A DNA stretch of 64,000 nt from Thermodiscus sp. (GTDB lineage: Archaea; Thermoproteota; Thermoprotei_A; Sulfolobales; Acidilobaceae), in the NCBI GenBank assembly GCA_015521175.1, contig WAOR01000009.1:4764-68763 (forward strand), written 5' to 3'. Shown piece by piece: positions 8,337 through 17,838 of the stretch. Within the stretch, counting starts at the first letter, position 1. The number at the start of each line of letters is the position of its first letter. The position numbers and the translations under genes are program-made. The notes under the pieces were generated by a model, which saw only the letters and a list, made by a program, of their open reading frames with translations, had not been told where the DNA came from and ran no database searches.

Positions 8337-10175
8337 TTATTGCCCCTTGCCCCTTACCGCTAGCCACGCTGCTATTATGATTATTATTAGTACTATTGTG
8401 CCTATGATTAAGCCGGTGTGGCCTCCTCCCTTCTTACCGGTAGTGGTCTGGGCCTGTGCTGGGCTCGTCGTTGCGGTTCCCTGTGTCCCGGCGGCTGGGC
8501 TGGTGGTTGTCGTTGCTTGTGGTACTAGGCTCCAGTGGGCTGGTATCTCGCCTATGATCTCAGTGTTGTCTTTGAGGTCTGGGTCCGCCTTCACCTTCTG
8601 TACTACGTAGTTGACTGCGTCTGCCGGCTTCATCTCGCCTTTGAGTACTTTGTCTAGGGCGTCCTTGAATATGTCGGCTAGCTTGTTGTAGTATGGGTGA
8701 CTTGGTGCTAGGTGCGTGTAGTCTAGCATGTAGCTGACGTTTGCGAGGAACTCTATGTTGATCGGGTTGGCGGTCTTCTTGACGATGGGGGCTATTGCGT
8801 CTATTACCTGCTGGCTGAAGGGTAGTTTTAGGTTTACTAGGTTGTTTATGAAGGTCTTGTTCTTGAGAAGTGCTGAAGCCTGCTTCCTCACGGGCACGTG
8901 GGCGCTGATTATGCTGTGCACAGCGTTTATTACTGGGTCGCTCGCCGCTACGACTATTAGGAAGGCTAGCTCCTCGTAGGCCTTCTTATAGGCTGGGTCA
9001 TTGTAGTGTGGGTTGTCCTTGCCCGTGTTTGCAGCTATCATCCACATGAAGGGCTGGCTTAGGGTGACTGGCTTGTCACCCTTCTCTCCCGCTGGGAAGA
9101 GCGTGTAGTAGAACTTCTCCTTGACCTCCTCTGGGGTTAGCGGCCTCTTCTGATGTGTATGCGGGTCTAGGTAGTAGTCCTTGGTCTGCCACTCCGTCCA
9201 GTACCATGTGCCCCCGATGTCGAATAGCGTGTTACCTGTGCCCCCCTTAGCCTTGCTCTCCCCGACTATTGTTGGGTGTATTTGGGTGGCCCAGTCCCAG
9301 TCGAGAATGTTCCTTGGCAGTAGGCCTGCGTCGGCGAAGGCCGCCTCGGTGGCGAACCACTTGTAGATAGCCGTCTTGTCAACTACTAGCTTGCCCGTCT
9401 TGTTGTCGTAGAGCTTGCCTCCATAGGCGAAGATGAACTGGATGAGGTCTGGGTGAGCGCTACCCCTCCTGTGTATGAGGCCCCAGTCGGCGCATCCCTT
9501 CTCCTTTGCCTCCTTTGCCTTTAGGAAGACGTCAGCCCAGGTGAACTCGCCCTTCTTAACCTTCTCGGCAAGACCGGTTAGGTCCCAACCCATGCACTTA
9601 GCCACGTCCTTCCTAATGTATAGGGGCCTGGCCTCGGTGTCCTGGGGTATGCCGTAGTACTTGCCCTTGTATTGGGCTGCCTTCATCAGGGGAGCGTAGA
9701 AGTCGCTGAACACGCTGTTCCAGTACTTTTGAACCCACTCCGTGATATCTAGGAGCCTCCCGTCAGCCGCTAGTGTTGCTATGTAGATGTAGCTATTCAC
9801 GAAGAAGTCCCCGTTCTGCCCTAAATCATACTGGGTCACGAAGTTATCGAACTGCTTCTTGAAGTCGCTCTCCCAGTAGGTGTCAACGGTTATCTTAACG
9901 TTTATCCCATTATCAGCCCATACCTTGTTTATCCTATTAGCGGCCTCCACTATGCCATACATCCTCATAACACTGTTCGGGTCCCCAGCAGCCTGCACGC
10001 TGAAGTGTATCTTCGTCACACCATGAGCCTGGAACCACTTGCCCAGAGCGATAACGTCTTGCTGCCAGTTACCGGTTAGCTCTGGAGGCTGCTCCTGTGC
10101 ACGGGCTAGTGGAACGGCCAGTGGAGCGGCGATAAGTGCCGCTACGAGTAGTAGTGCTAGGATTTTCGCCCTCAC
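8337..10175 (-). CDS. Extracellular solute-binding protein of the ABC transporter, large, C-terminally anchored
   Basis: 612 aa. Signal peptide MRAKILALLLVAALIAAPLAVPLARA, Trp/Tyr-rich family-1-like SBP body, Thr-rich linker (TTTTSPAAGTQGTATTSPAQAQTTT) and a C-terminal TM helix. First gene of the four-gene operon. Confidence 0.8.
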   Translation of the reverse strand: MRAKILALLLVAALIAAPLAVPLARAQEQPPELTGNWQQDVIALGKWFQAHGVTKIHFSVQAAGDPNSVMRMYGIVEAANRINKVWADNGINVKITVDTYWESDFKKQFDNFVTQYDLGQNGDFFVNSYIYIATLAADGRLLDITEWVQKYWNSVFSDFYAPLMKAAQYKGKYYGIPQDTEARPLYIRKDVAKCMGWDLTGLAEKVKKGEFTWADVFLKAKEAKEKGCADWGLIHRRGSAHPDLIQFIFAYGGKLYDNKTGKLVVDKTAIYKWFATEAAFADAGLLPRNILDWDWATQIHPTIVGESKAKGGTGNTLFDIGGTWYWTEWQTKDYYLDPHTHQKRPLTPEEVKEKFYYTLFPAGEKGDKPVTLSQPFMWMIAANTGKDNPHYNDPAYKKAYEELAFLIVVAASDPVINAVHSIISAHVPVRKQASALLKNKTFINNLVNLKLPFSQQVIDAIAPIVKKTANPINIEFLANVSYMLDYTHLAPSHPYYNKLADIFKDALDKVLKGEMKPADAVNYVVQKVKADPDLKDNTEIIGEIPAHWSLVPQATTTTSPAAGTQGTATTSPAQAQTTTGKKGGGHTGLIIGTIVLIIIIIAAWLAVRGKGQ

Positions 10176-10304
10176 GTATAACCACCCGTGGTATTATGTT
10201 TAGAGTGGGGGCTTTCCTCTTAAAAAGTCTACTATTTGGAGACTAATTAGAATAATATTCGAATTGAATAGTACACGGTTGCCCACTCCATACGGGGGTT
10301 AACG

Positions 10305-11495
10305 CTAAGGCCTATAGACGTGTATGAAGGCTCCCTTAAGATAGTCCAAGTACTCCTCACCCCTGAGGGCGTGGTCCGGACCTGCACCCCTCAGACTCCC
10401 CATAATCCTGTACTCTACCCCGGCTACGCCTGCAGATGATGCGATAGCTTCTAGGAAGAGGTCTCTCGTGAGGAAGTAGCTGCAACTGCTAAGGTAAACG
10501 ATCGCACCGTCCCTGGCCTTCTCGAGGCTCCACGAGTAAGCCCGCTTATAAGCTCTAAACCCCCTCTCAACAGCCTCCCTGCTCCCGGACTGGATGAAGG
10601 CTGGAGGGTCCACGGCTATTAGGTCAAAGTAGTCCTGGGGGACCCCCTCAGCTTTCCAAATGCTCTCATTAATAATCCTGTAGTTCTCGACCCCGTTCAA
10701 TCGGAGGTTCTCACGTAGGAGCTCGACCGCGCTGGGATCCTCCTCTAGGAACACGACCTCCTTGGCGCCGGCAAGGGACGCGTGGATCCCGAAGCCTCCC
10801 GTGTAGGAGAACACGTCTAGAACCCTGCTCCCCTCGTAGGCGAGCTCCTGGAACTCCAGCCTGTTAAGCCTCTGGTCCAGGTAGAACCCGGTCTTCTGGC
10901 CCCTTACAACGTCTACTATAAACCGGGCGGGACCCTCTTCCACTATAACCCTAGGCTTCCTACCTAGGAGCCACCTGCTCCTGGGCTCTAGGCCAATATC
11001 CCTCCTGCTCCTCTGAAGGCTCTTCTCATAGACCGCCTCAACGCCCGTCAGCTTTACAAGTATCGAGGCTATATGTTCTGCTAGCGAGTCTACTGCTAGA
11101 CTGCTGGATTGGAGCACTGCTAGCTCCTCGGCGTATACGTCTATTATTAGCCCGGAGAGCCTGTCTCCATCGCTATTCACCAGTCTGTAGCTAGAGCCGA
11201 GCCTAGCCCGGTATCTCTTACGGGCCTCGTAGGCCTTGCCTAGGAGGTACTCCAACGCCTCCACGGGGTCGCTCCAGGGGCAGGCTCCACGCTTCAGTAC
11301 CCTCACAGCTACGGGGCCTATGGGCTCCCATAGCCCGCATCCCAGGGGCTCGCCTCTAGTGGACTCGAGCTCGACTAGTGCTCCTGGAGGGATGCTGTGC
11401 CTGGGCTTAACCCATTTCCGGTAGACTATGCTGGTACCTCTCGCTAGGTATTCTACCGCTTTTCCCTCCACTCTCACCCTTACTGGCAATCCCAC
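10305..11495 (-). CDS. SAM-dependent methyltransferase with N-terminal PUA-like domain (RlmI/PH1915 family)
   Basis: 396 aa. Rossmann region VLDVFSYTGGFG, catalytic-loop motif AVDPPAF, and an N-terminal PUA-like beta region. Confidence 0.75.
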   Translation of the reverse strand: MGLPVRVRVEGKAVEYLARGTSIVYRKWVKPRHSIPPGALVELESTRGEPLGCGLWEPIGPVAVRVLKRGACPWSDPVEALEYLLGKAYEARKRYRARLGSSYRLVNSDGDRLSGLIIDVYAEELAVLQSSSLAVDSLAEHIASILVKLTGVEAVYEKSLQRSRRDIGLEPRSRWLLGRKPRVIVEEGPARFIVDVVRGQKTGFYLDQRLNRLEFQELAYEGSRVLDVFSYTGGFGIHASLAGAKEVVFLEEDPSAVELLRENLRLNGVENYRIINESIWKAEGVPQDYFDLIAVDPPAFIQSGSREAVERGFRAYKRAYSWSLEKARDGAIVYLSSCSYFLTRDLFLEAIASSAGVAGVEYRIMGSLRGAGPDHALRGEEYLDYLKGAFIHVYRP

Positions 11496-11844
11496 CAGTC
11501 CTCTTCAGCTTGAAGGCGACAACGGCGGTTATTAGCGGGAGGTCGCAGTAGTCTTGTAATGAGACGCCTCCTGCCCGGAGGGCTGAAGTGAACGATTCCA
11601 CGTCTTCTCCTAGCTCCTTGTTCCCCCTGTAGAGCCAGAGGGTAACCGTGGCTAGGGCTACCGAGGAGAACACTCCTAGGATTAGGAGTAGTGGGGGGCC
11701 CAGCAGGGATAATAGGAGGCTTATCACTGATGCCAGGCCTCCTATCGCCGCTGAGAGCCTTGCCCTCTTGTAGAGCCAGTCCCTAGCCTCTACTAGGAGT
11801 TCAAGTGCCTCCTCCTCGTTACACGGCAATACCTCGGTTATCAA
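11407..11844 (-). CDS. Small membrane protein, unknown function
   Basis: 145 aa with two adjacent hydrophobic helices (AAIGGLASVISLLLSLLGPPLLLILGVFSSVALATVTLWLY). Start overlaps the hutI stop by 4 nt; the 3' end overlaps the methyltransferase start by 89 nt, so the true end or start is uncertain. Confidence 0.45.
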   Translation of the reverse strand: MITEVLPCNEEEALELLVEARDWLYKRARLSAAIGGLASVISLLLSLLGPPLLLILGVFSSVALATVTLWLYRGNKELGEDVESFTSALRAGGVSLQDYCDLPLITAVVAFKLKRTGGIASKGESGGKSGRIPSERYQHSLPEMG

Positions 11845-13109
11845 TCCACGCCCCCCTTAACCGGCACGCCGCCGACGAACACCTCCCGTACACGGTCAAC
11901 GCCCCACTTATACCCGACCCACCTATAGCTTGGAACCTCCCACACGACTAGGTCGGCCGCGGCGCCCCTCGCTATCAAGCCATGGCTCCCGTCTAGGCGT
12001 AGGCTTCTCGCCGCATTCACTGTCGCAGCGGCTAGGCCTTCTAGGGGAGTCATTCCTAGGAGGTATACTGCTAGGTCGATTACGGATTGCATGCTGGGGT
12101 TCATATTGTTGGGGTTGTAGTCTGTTGCTAGTGCAACTACCGCTCCCGCCTCTCTTAGGGCTTGTGCGGGGGGCTTCTTCTCGGAGAATACGGAGAGCAT
12201 GCTTGAGGGGAGGAGTGTGGCAACTGTTCCCCTGCTGGCTAGTAGCTTAGCGTTTCCTGGGGGGAGGTATTCGAGGTGGTCCATGCTGTCAATGGGCATC
12301 TCACCTGCCAAGTCGCTGCAGCCGATGTAGGCTAGCTCCTCCGCGTGTAGCCTTAGCCTGTAGCCGTGTCGTAGCCCTGCCTGTAGTATTCGCCTCGTCT
12401 CCTCGACGGTGAAGGCTCCCTTGTCGCAGAAAACGTCGATGTAGACTGGCTTTGGCTCTACTCTCTTGGCTCCCGGGACTATCTCGTCTGCGAAGAGTTC
12501 GACGTATCCTTCCCTATCATCCTTGTACTCCTGGGGGATGACGTGGGCGAGCAGGGTTGGAACTATCCCTGGCAGGCCTGGGGCATTCAAGCCCCTGAGG
12601 GCCTCCAGCATTTTGTACTCGTACTCGGGTAGGAGGCCGTAGCCCGTCTTGACCTCTACGACCGTCGTACCGTTTCTAGCCATCTCCAATAGCCTCTCCC
12701 TAGCGAGCCTCTCCAGCTCTTCTATGCTCGCCTCTCTGGTCGCTCTTACAGTCCTGTGTATCCCCCCACCCTTGGCAAGTATTTCCTCGTAGGAGTAGCC
12801 GAGGAGCTTCAACTCTAGCTCGTCTTCCCTTGAGCCTGCGAACACTAGGTGGGTGTGGGGGTCTACGAGGCCCGGGGTGACTAATAGTCCCCGAGCGTTG
12901 TAGGTGTAAGCTGCCTCGTACCTGGCCCTTATCTCGCTGGAGGGGCCGTAGTCGATTACCCTGCCTGAGCGGACGGCTACTCCAGCGTTTCTCAGTATTC
13001 CTGCGCGTTGAGGGTCCCTCGCCTCCCGCCCCCTCAGGGGTCCCTCTCGGAATGTCACTAGCTCCCCTATGTTGTAGACTACCAGGTCGGCTCTGGGCAT
13101 TACAGGCAC
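11841..13109 (-). CDS. hutI: Imidazolonepropionase
   Basis: 422 aa amidohydrolase fold. PGLVDPHTHLVFAGSREDE, ...RLHAEEL..., ...ATDYNP...; context with hutG and hutU. Confidence 0.85.
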   Translation of the reverse strand: MPVMPRADLVVYNIGELVTFREGPLRGREARDPQRAGILRNAGVAVRSGRVIDYGPSSEIRARYEAAYTYNARGLLVTPGLVDPHTHLVFAGSREDELELKLLGYSYEEILAKGGGIHRTVRATREASIEELERLARERLLEMARNGTTVVEVKTGYGLLPEYEYKMLEALRGLNAPGLPGIVPTLLAHVIPQEYKDDREGYVELFADEIVPGAKRVEPKPVYIDVFCDKGAFTVEETRRILQAGLRHGYRLRLHAEELAYIGCSDLAGEMPIDSMDHLEYLPPGNAKLLASRGTVATLLPSSMLSVFSEKKPPAQALREAGAVVALATDYNPNNMNPSMQSVIDLAVYLLGMTPLEGLAAATVNAARSLRLDGSHGLIARGAAADLVVWEVPSYRWVGYKWGVDRVREVFVGGVPVKGGVD

Positions 13110-14023
13110 TCCTCCGTGTAGACTTGTAGCGCACGTAGGACTAATACCGACGATACCCTGACGGTAGAGCCTTCCACGTCATGGGCTGGAACGACTTCCA
13201 CGATGTCTATCCCTTTAGGGCATAGGCTTGAGACGGCCTCCTCCACTATCTCGAGCGATAGTGCAGGGGTTAGGCCGAGTGGACTGGGGGAGTTTACTCC
13301 CGGCGCGTAGGCTTGGTCCAAGTGGTCCACGTCTATGCTGACGTAGTAGTTGTCCAGGCCTTCCCGCTCTAAGACTCTTATCGCCTCCCTCCACGATTGG
13401 GGGTCCCTCATCGCTCTCACAGAGGATACCACGTGGAACCCGGCCTCCAGAGCCCTCTCGTGGAGGTATGAGGGGTTAGCGTATGGCGCGATTCCAACAA
13501 TCGAGGCCCGTAGCTTCTCTTTGTACCGGGTATAGAGGTTCCATAGCCATGACCCGCTCGTGTAGCCCTCGCTAGTACTCCTCATGTCATAATGTGCGTC
13601 GAGTAAGAGGAGGCCGAGGGTCCCCCTTTCCAGGAGGGGGCTTATCGTCCACTCCGATATGCTGTGGTCCCCGCCCAGTATGACGGTGAGCCTCCTCGCC
13701 TCGTATACCTCCCCGAGAGCGTGGCGGACCCTCCTACTGGTTAGCTCCCAGTCTCCAGGGGCTATCCTAACATCTCCAAGGTCTACCGGCTTCCTCTCGA
13801 TCCGGCCCCAGTCGGGGGCGAAGGGCCTCATTGAGTATAGTGTCGAGCGTATTCTAGCCGGGGCTTCTCTTGCACCAGGCCTCCCGGTTATCCCCCAGTC
13901 CCATGGGATTCCTAGGAGGGCTATTTCCTCCGCCTTTGGTAGGCTTGCCACACGCTCGTCTCGGGGGTCCCTCAGGAGGGGGGCTCCTGGACTAGTGAAT
14001 AATTCTTCCGACACCGAGGACAC
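13100..14023 (-). CDS. hutG: Formimidoylglutamase (arginase/ureohydrolase family)
   Basis: 307 aa. Ureohydrolase Mn-site motifs GGDHSIS, LDAHYDMR, SIDVDHLD. The hutG rather than agmatinase call rests on hut context (overlaps hutI by 10 nt). Confidence 0.7.
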   Translation of the reverse strand: MSSVSEELFTSPGAPLLRDPRDERVASLPKAEEIALLGIPWDWGITGRPGAREAPARIRSTLYSMRPFAPDWGRIERKPVDLGDVRIAPGDWELTSRRVRHALGEVYEARRLTVILGGDHSISEWTISPLLERGTLGLLLLDAHYDMRSTSEGYTSGSWLWNLYTRYKEKLRASIVGIAPYANPSYLHERALEAGFHVVSSVRAMRDPQSWREAIRVLEREGLDNYYVSIDVDHLDQAYAPGVNSPSPLGLTPALSLEIVEEAVSSLCPKGIDIVEVVPAHDVEGSTVRVSSVLVLRALQVYTEECL

Positions 14024-14127
14024 CCTTGCCGATAGAGGGGATACCTGTGCACGGCTATACTAGCATCGTGGTGATTGATAAAATCCTTACTCTGCAATAG
14101 GCATAACTGGTAGCGTGCTAACTATTT

Positions 14128-15903
14128 GTGAACCTATCCTGGAGGAGATGTCCTGTGGTAACCGTTAGTGTCCCGGAGGATATCGCCCGGAAGTATTCTG
14201 GCAGGCCCATCATGAGGCTAATCGAGGAGGGCTATTACAGGCCTTGGGAGAGGCTGAGGGTGCGCCACATAACCGGGTGGGAGATGCACGTTAAGAGCGG
14301 GTCCTGGCAGCTTGAGGGTCCCCTACGCATGCTCTTCCACGTACTAGACCCGGAAGTGGCCAAGGATCCGGAGCACCTGATAGTCTACGGTGGTACTGGT
14401 AGGGCGGCTCGTAGCTGGGAGGCCTTCGAGAGGATAGCTGAGACCCTAATGGAGATGGATGAGGATCAGACCCTTGTGGTGCAGTCTGGTAAGCCTATAG
14501 CAGTATTCCGCACCCATAAGATGGCGCCCCGAGTAGTCATTAGCAACGCTATGCTAGTGCCCAAGTGGGCCGACTGGGATTACTTCAGGGAGCTTGAAGC
14601 GAAGGGCCTCACGATGTACGGGCAGATGACCGCTGGATGCTGGGCCTACATAGGCACCCAGGGGATACTGCAGGGTACTTATGAGACCCTGGCGTTCGCC
14701 GCTGAGAAGCACTTCCCCGAGGGGTCCCTCGAGGGTAGGCTAGTCCTAACGGCTGGGCTAGGCGAGATGGGCGGTGCACAGCCCCTAGCCGTCACGATGA
14801 ACGGCGGAGTCGCAATTGTTGTAGAAGTTGATAAGAGGATGATTGAGAGGAGGATCAGGCACGGCTACCTTGACACCTGGACGGATAGCCTTGATAAAGC
14901 CTTGGACATGGCGCAGAAGGCTCTGGAGAAGAGGGAGCCTCTAAGCATAGGCCTTCTGGGCAACGCCGCCGAGGTATACCCCCAGATACTTGATATGGGT
15001 ATTGTCCCAGACGTGGTCACCGATCAGACGCCCGCGCATGACCCGCTAAGCTATGTGCCCGCCGGCCTAACCGTTGAGGAGGCCGAGAGGCTCCGGGAGG
15101 AGAACCCGGAGAAGTATAAGAGGCTCGCCCTTGAGAGCATGAAGAAGCATGTTGAGGCCATGGTAGGCTTCCTAAGAGAGGGTAGCGTTGTATTCGAGTA
15201 CGGTAACAATATCAGGAAAATGGCCTATGAGGCCGGGTATAAGGACGCCTTCGCATTCCCCGGCTTCGTCCAAGCATACATACGCCCCATGTTCGAGGAA
15301 GGCAGGGGTCCCTTCAGGTACACAAGCCTAACCGGGAACCCCAAGGATATCGAGAGGCTCGACGACGAGCTAATAGCCACCTTCAAGGACAACAAAAGGC
15401 TTGTACGCTGGGTAGAGAAGGCTAGGAAATACGTAAAGTTCCAGGGACTACCAGCTAGAGTCGTATGGCTCGGCTACGGCGAGAGAGCCCGCTTCGGCAA
15501 GATAATGAATAGCTTGATCCGGCTGGGAGAAATAGGCCCCATGTGGATCGGCAGAGACCACCTAGACTCGGGCAGCGTTGCAAGCCCCTACAGAGAGACC
15601 GAGGGCATGAAGGATGGAAGCGACGCTATCGGAGACTGGCCAGTACTAAACGCCCTCCTAAACGCCGCAGCCGGGGCCACATGGGTATGCTTCCACCATG
15701 GCGGCGGAGTAGGAATAGGCTACTCAATACACGCTGGAATAGGCCTGGTCCTCGACGGGACCCCGGAGAGCGAGAAGAGGGCCGAACTAGTGCTAACCGC
15801 TGACCCCGGCATAGGAGTGGCGAGGCACGCGGACGCCGGCTATGAGAGGGCTAGGAGGGTGGCCTGCGAGAAGGGTATATGGATGCCCATGCTCCAGTGC
15901 TAG
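14128..15903 (+). CDS. hutU: Urocanate hydratase (urocanase)
   Basis: 591 aa. Strongly urocanase-like throughout ([61 protein letters not shown]). The first 25-30 codons may be upstream of the real start. Confidence 0.9.
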   Translation: MNLSWRRCPVVTVSVPEDIARKYSGRPIMRLIEEGYYRPWERLRVRHITGWEMHVKSGSWQLEGPLRMLFHVLDPEVAKDPEHLIVYGGTGRAARSWEAFERIAETLMEMDEDQTLVVQSGKPIAVFRTHKMAPRVVISNAMLVPKWADWDYFRELEAKGLTMYGQMTAGCWAYIGTQGILQGTYETLAFAAEKHFPEGSLEGRLVLTAGLGEMGGAQPLAVTMNGGVAIVVEVDKRMIERRIRHGYLDTWTDSLDKALDMAQKALEKREPLSIGLLGNAAEVYPQILDMGIVPDVVTDQTPAHDPLSYVPAGLTVEEAERLREENPEKYKRLALESMKKHVEAMVGFLREGSVVFEYGNNIRKMAYEAGYKDAFAFPGFVQAYIRPMFEEGRGPFRYTSLTGNPKDIERLDDELIATFKDNKRLVRWVEKARKYVKFQGLPARVVWLGYGERARFGKIMNSLIRLGEIGPMWIGRDHLDSGSVASPYRETEGMKDGSDAIGDWPVLNALLNAAAGATWVCFHHGGGVGIGYSIHAGIGLVLDGTPESEKRAELVLTADPGIGVARHADAGYERARRVACEKGIWMPMLQC

Positions 15904-16171
15904 ATCAACTAGGCCCTCTAGAACCATCCTTTTTATCCCTTCTAACCTGTTAAACCAGTCCATGGAGGCCCGCGGGATTGCCCCGAGTCCCGGGGAGGCT
16001 TGAATGACCGCGGGAGGCTCCACCCCTAGGCCTTCCCACCTTCCGGCCCCGGGATTCGTGGGGGTCCTCACTATTGCCTCCTATAAATAGGCTGGGGCAC
16101 GGCGTCTATATGCTATTGACCCATGTATATAATCCGGCTAACAACTAATAGGTTATTACGGGTGTAAAAGA

Positions 16172-16609
16172 ATGGCACCCCTCAAATTACCCAGGAAACA
16201 CATGCCCCTACTAGCTAGGGACATTATGAGCAGCCCTCCACTAACGGTTACAGAGAAGACCACGCTAAAGGAAGCCGCGAAGATGATGTGCGAGAACAGG
16301 GTTGGAAGCATCCTTGTAGTCGGAACCGATGGAAAACTAAGGGGTATACTGACTGAGAGAGACGTGACATGCGCTGCTTCGCATGAAGACAAGGACACTC
16401 CAGTATGCGACATGCCCGTATGGGAGTTCATGACTCCGGATCCAGAGTACGTGACTCCCGAGGCGCCGGTAACGGAAGTGCTGGACAAGTTCAGGGAGCT
16501 GGGAGTTCGCCACCTACCCGTGGTCGATAAGGACGGTAAGCCCGTGGGAGTCATAAGTGTCCGGGACGTGCTAGCCCTCATAGAGCTACTCTTCAGGATC
16601 TTCAAGTAG
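16172..16609 (+). CDS. CBS-domain pair protein
   Basis: 145 aa. Two CBS repeats (ARDIMSSPPLTV...VGSILVV...GILTERDV; FMTPDPEYV...VRHLPVVDKDGKPVGVISVRDV). Confidence 0.85.
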   Translation: MAPLKLPRKHMPLLARDIMSSPPLTVTEKTTLKEAAKMMCENRVGSILVVGTDGKLRGILTERDVTCAASHEDKDTPVCDMPVWEFMTPDPEYVTPEAPVTEVLDKFRELGVRHLPVVDKDGKPVGVISVRDVLALIELLFRIFK

Positions 16610-16721
16610 TTGCCTAACCCTATATTTTACTATATAGAACGAGTACAACATGTTTAGAAATGTTTAATAAAAGCTCTCATTAGGCTAGGCCTTACACAAT
16701 AGTGGGATAGGGACTCGTAGA

Positions 16722-17210
16722 GTGACTAGTATAGTAGGAGAAATAGAGCTCAAGGCGCAGGAGTGCCGTAGGAGGCTTGAGGAGGCACCACTAGACGATC
16801 GCTGGATACCAAGGCTGAAGTCAAACATAGCCACAGTCGTAGCTGAGTGTATTGTCGAGCTTCTCGGAGAGGACAAGGTAGAGGAGATACGCTACATCGA
16901 CCTTAGCGGTGGAGAAGTGGCTCAGGGCTTCGAGGGTAGGGATGTAGACATCATAGTTAAGGTTAAGAACATACCTCCCGGCATGGAAAACGACTTAAAA
17001 TCAGTCCTCGAAAACACGTTGAATCCCCTGCTACAGGAGAGGCTTGCATGGTACGTCACACTAACAGGTAAAAAAGACCTAATAGAAATACACATAGTTT
17101 CAGACCACTATCTCGGCTACGGGGTTCTGCTCCGCAGCTCCTTCTCGCCAGCCATAAGGGTGTGGCCTAAGAGGCGCGAGGATAGGCTGGCCTTCGTATT
17201 CCCCTTCTAG
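16722..17210 (+). CDS. Minimal nucleotidyltransferase (Pol-beta superfamily)-like protein, paralog A
   Basis: 162 aa. DLSGGEVAQGFEGRDVDIIV fits the hG[GS]-x9-13-Dh[DE]h NTase signature. A later acidic strand is DLIEIHIV. Clear paralog of 17214..17663. Confidence 0.5.
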   Translation: MTSIVGEIELKAQECRRRLEEAPLDDRWIPRLKSNIATVVAECIVELLGEDKVEEIRYIDLSGGEVAQGFEGRDVDIIVKVKNIPPGMENDLKSVLENTLNPLLQERLAWYVTLTGKKDLIEIHIVSDHYLGYGVLLRSSFSPAIRVWPKRREDRLAFVFPF

Positions 17211-17213
17211 GCA

Positions 17214-17663
17214 TCATAAAGGGTTAGAAGGCGGCCATACTTTAACCAGTCTTGAGTACCTCGAGTTCAACATATTATAGTAAGGGGCATCTTCGGGGCC
17301 TCGGACAACATGGATCTCTATGACATTGGGGATTCTCAGCTCCTCTATCGGGTCGAAGCCGAGCACTTCAGCTATCACTATCCTGGCTGACTGGTCGAGG
17401 CCCGACTCTAGTACATTCTCGTCTAAGCCCTCACACGATGGAGCATAGATGATTATGTCAACGTCCTTGCCTCCATGGTCTTGAAGATAGCTGGGCTCGC
17501 CTCCCGTCAGGTCTGCAATATATACGCCTTTAATGCATCCGGGCCCAATGCAGTCTGAGACAGTTGTGATAATACACTCGACGGCTGGATCAGCTAGAAG
17601 CCTCTTAATGTATTGCCATGCGTGGGACTTGTAGCCCTCCTCACGTATACCCTCCAGCACCAT
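17214..17663 (-). CDS. Minimal nucleotidyltransferase-like protein, paralog B
   Basis: 149 aa. DLTGGEPSYLQDHGGKDVDIIIY, NVIEIHVV and a C-terminal ...LVKVWP all mirror paralog A (...AIRVWP). Confidence 0.5.
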   Translation of the reverse strand: MVLEGIREEGYKSHAWQYIKRLLADPAVECIITTVSDCIGPGCIKGVYIADLTGGEPSYLQDHGGKDVDIIIYAPSCEGLDENVLESGLDQSARIVIAEVLGFDPIEELRIPNVIEIHVVRGPEDAPYYNMLNSRYSRLVKVWPPSNPL

Positions 17664-17838
17664 TCTTTGCCGACAGGGGGATCTAGCTATCTGGCTTTCC
17701 AGGATTCTCCTGCCTTTATCTAAGAGGCAGTATCCTGCTTTTTCAAGACAGTGGTCTAGCGGCAGCTCGGGGCACCGGTTAGTGGAGGAGGAGTTGCATC
17801 CTCCTATATAGGTTGCAGTAATCGTGGGGAGTGCCGGG

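Noticed and set aside
15793-16071. 92-aa minus-strand ORF overlapping the hutU 3' end
   Set aside because: Half of it is antisense to the strongly supported hutU C-terminus. The rest lies in GC-rich hairpin DNA and has no motif.
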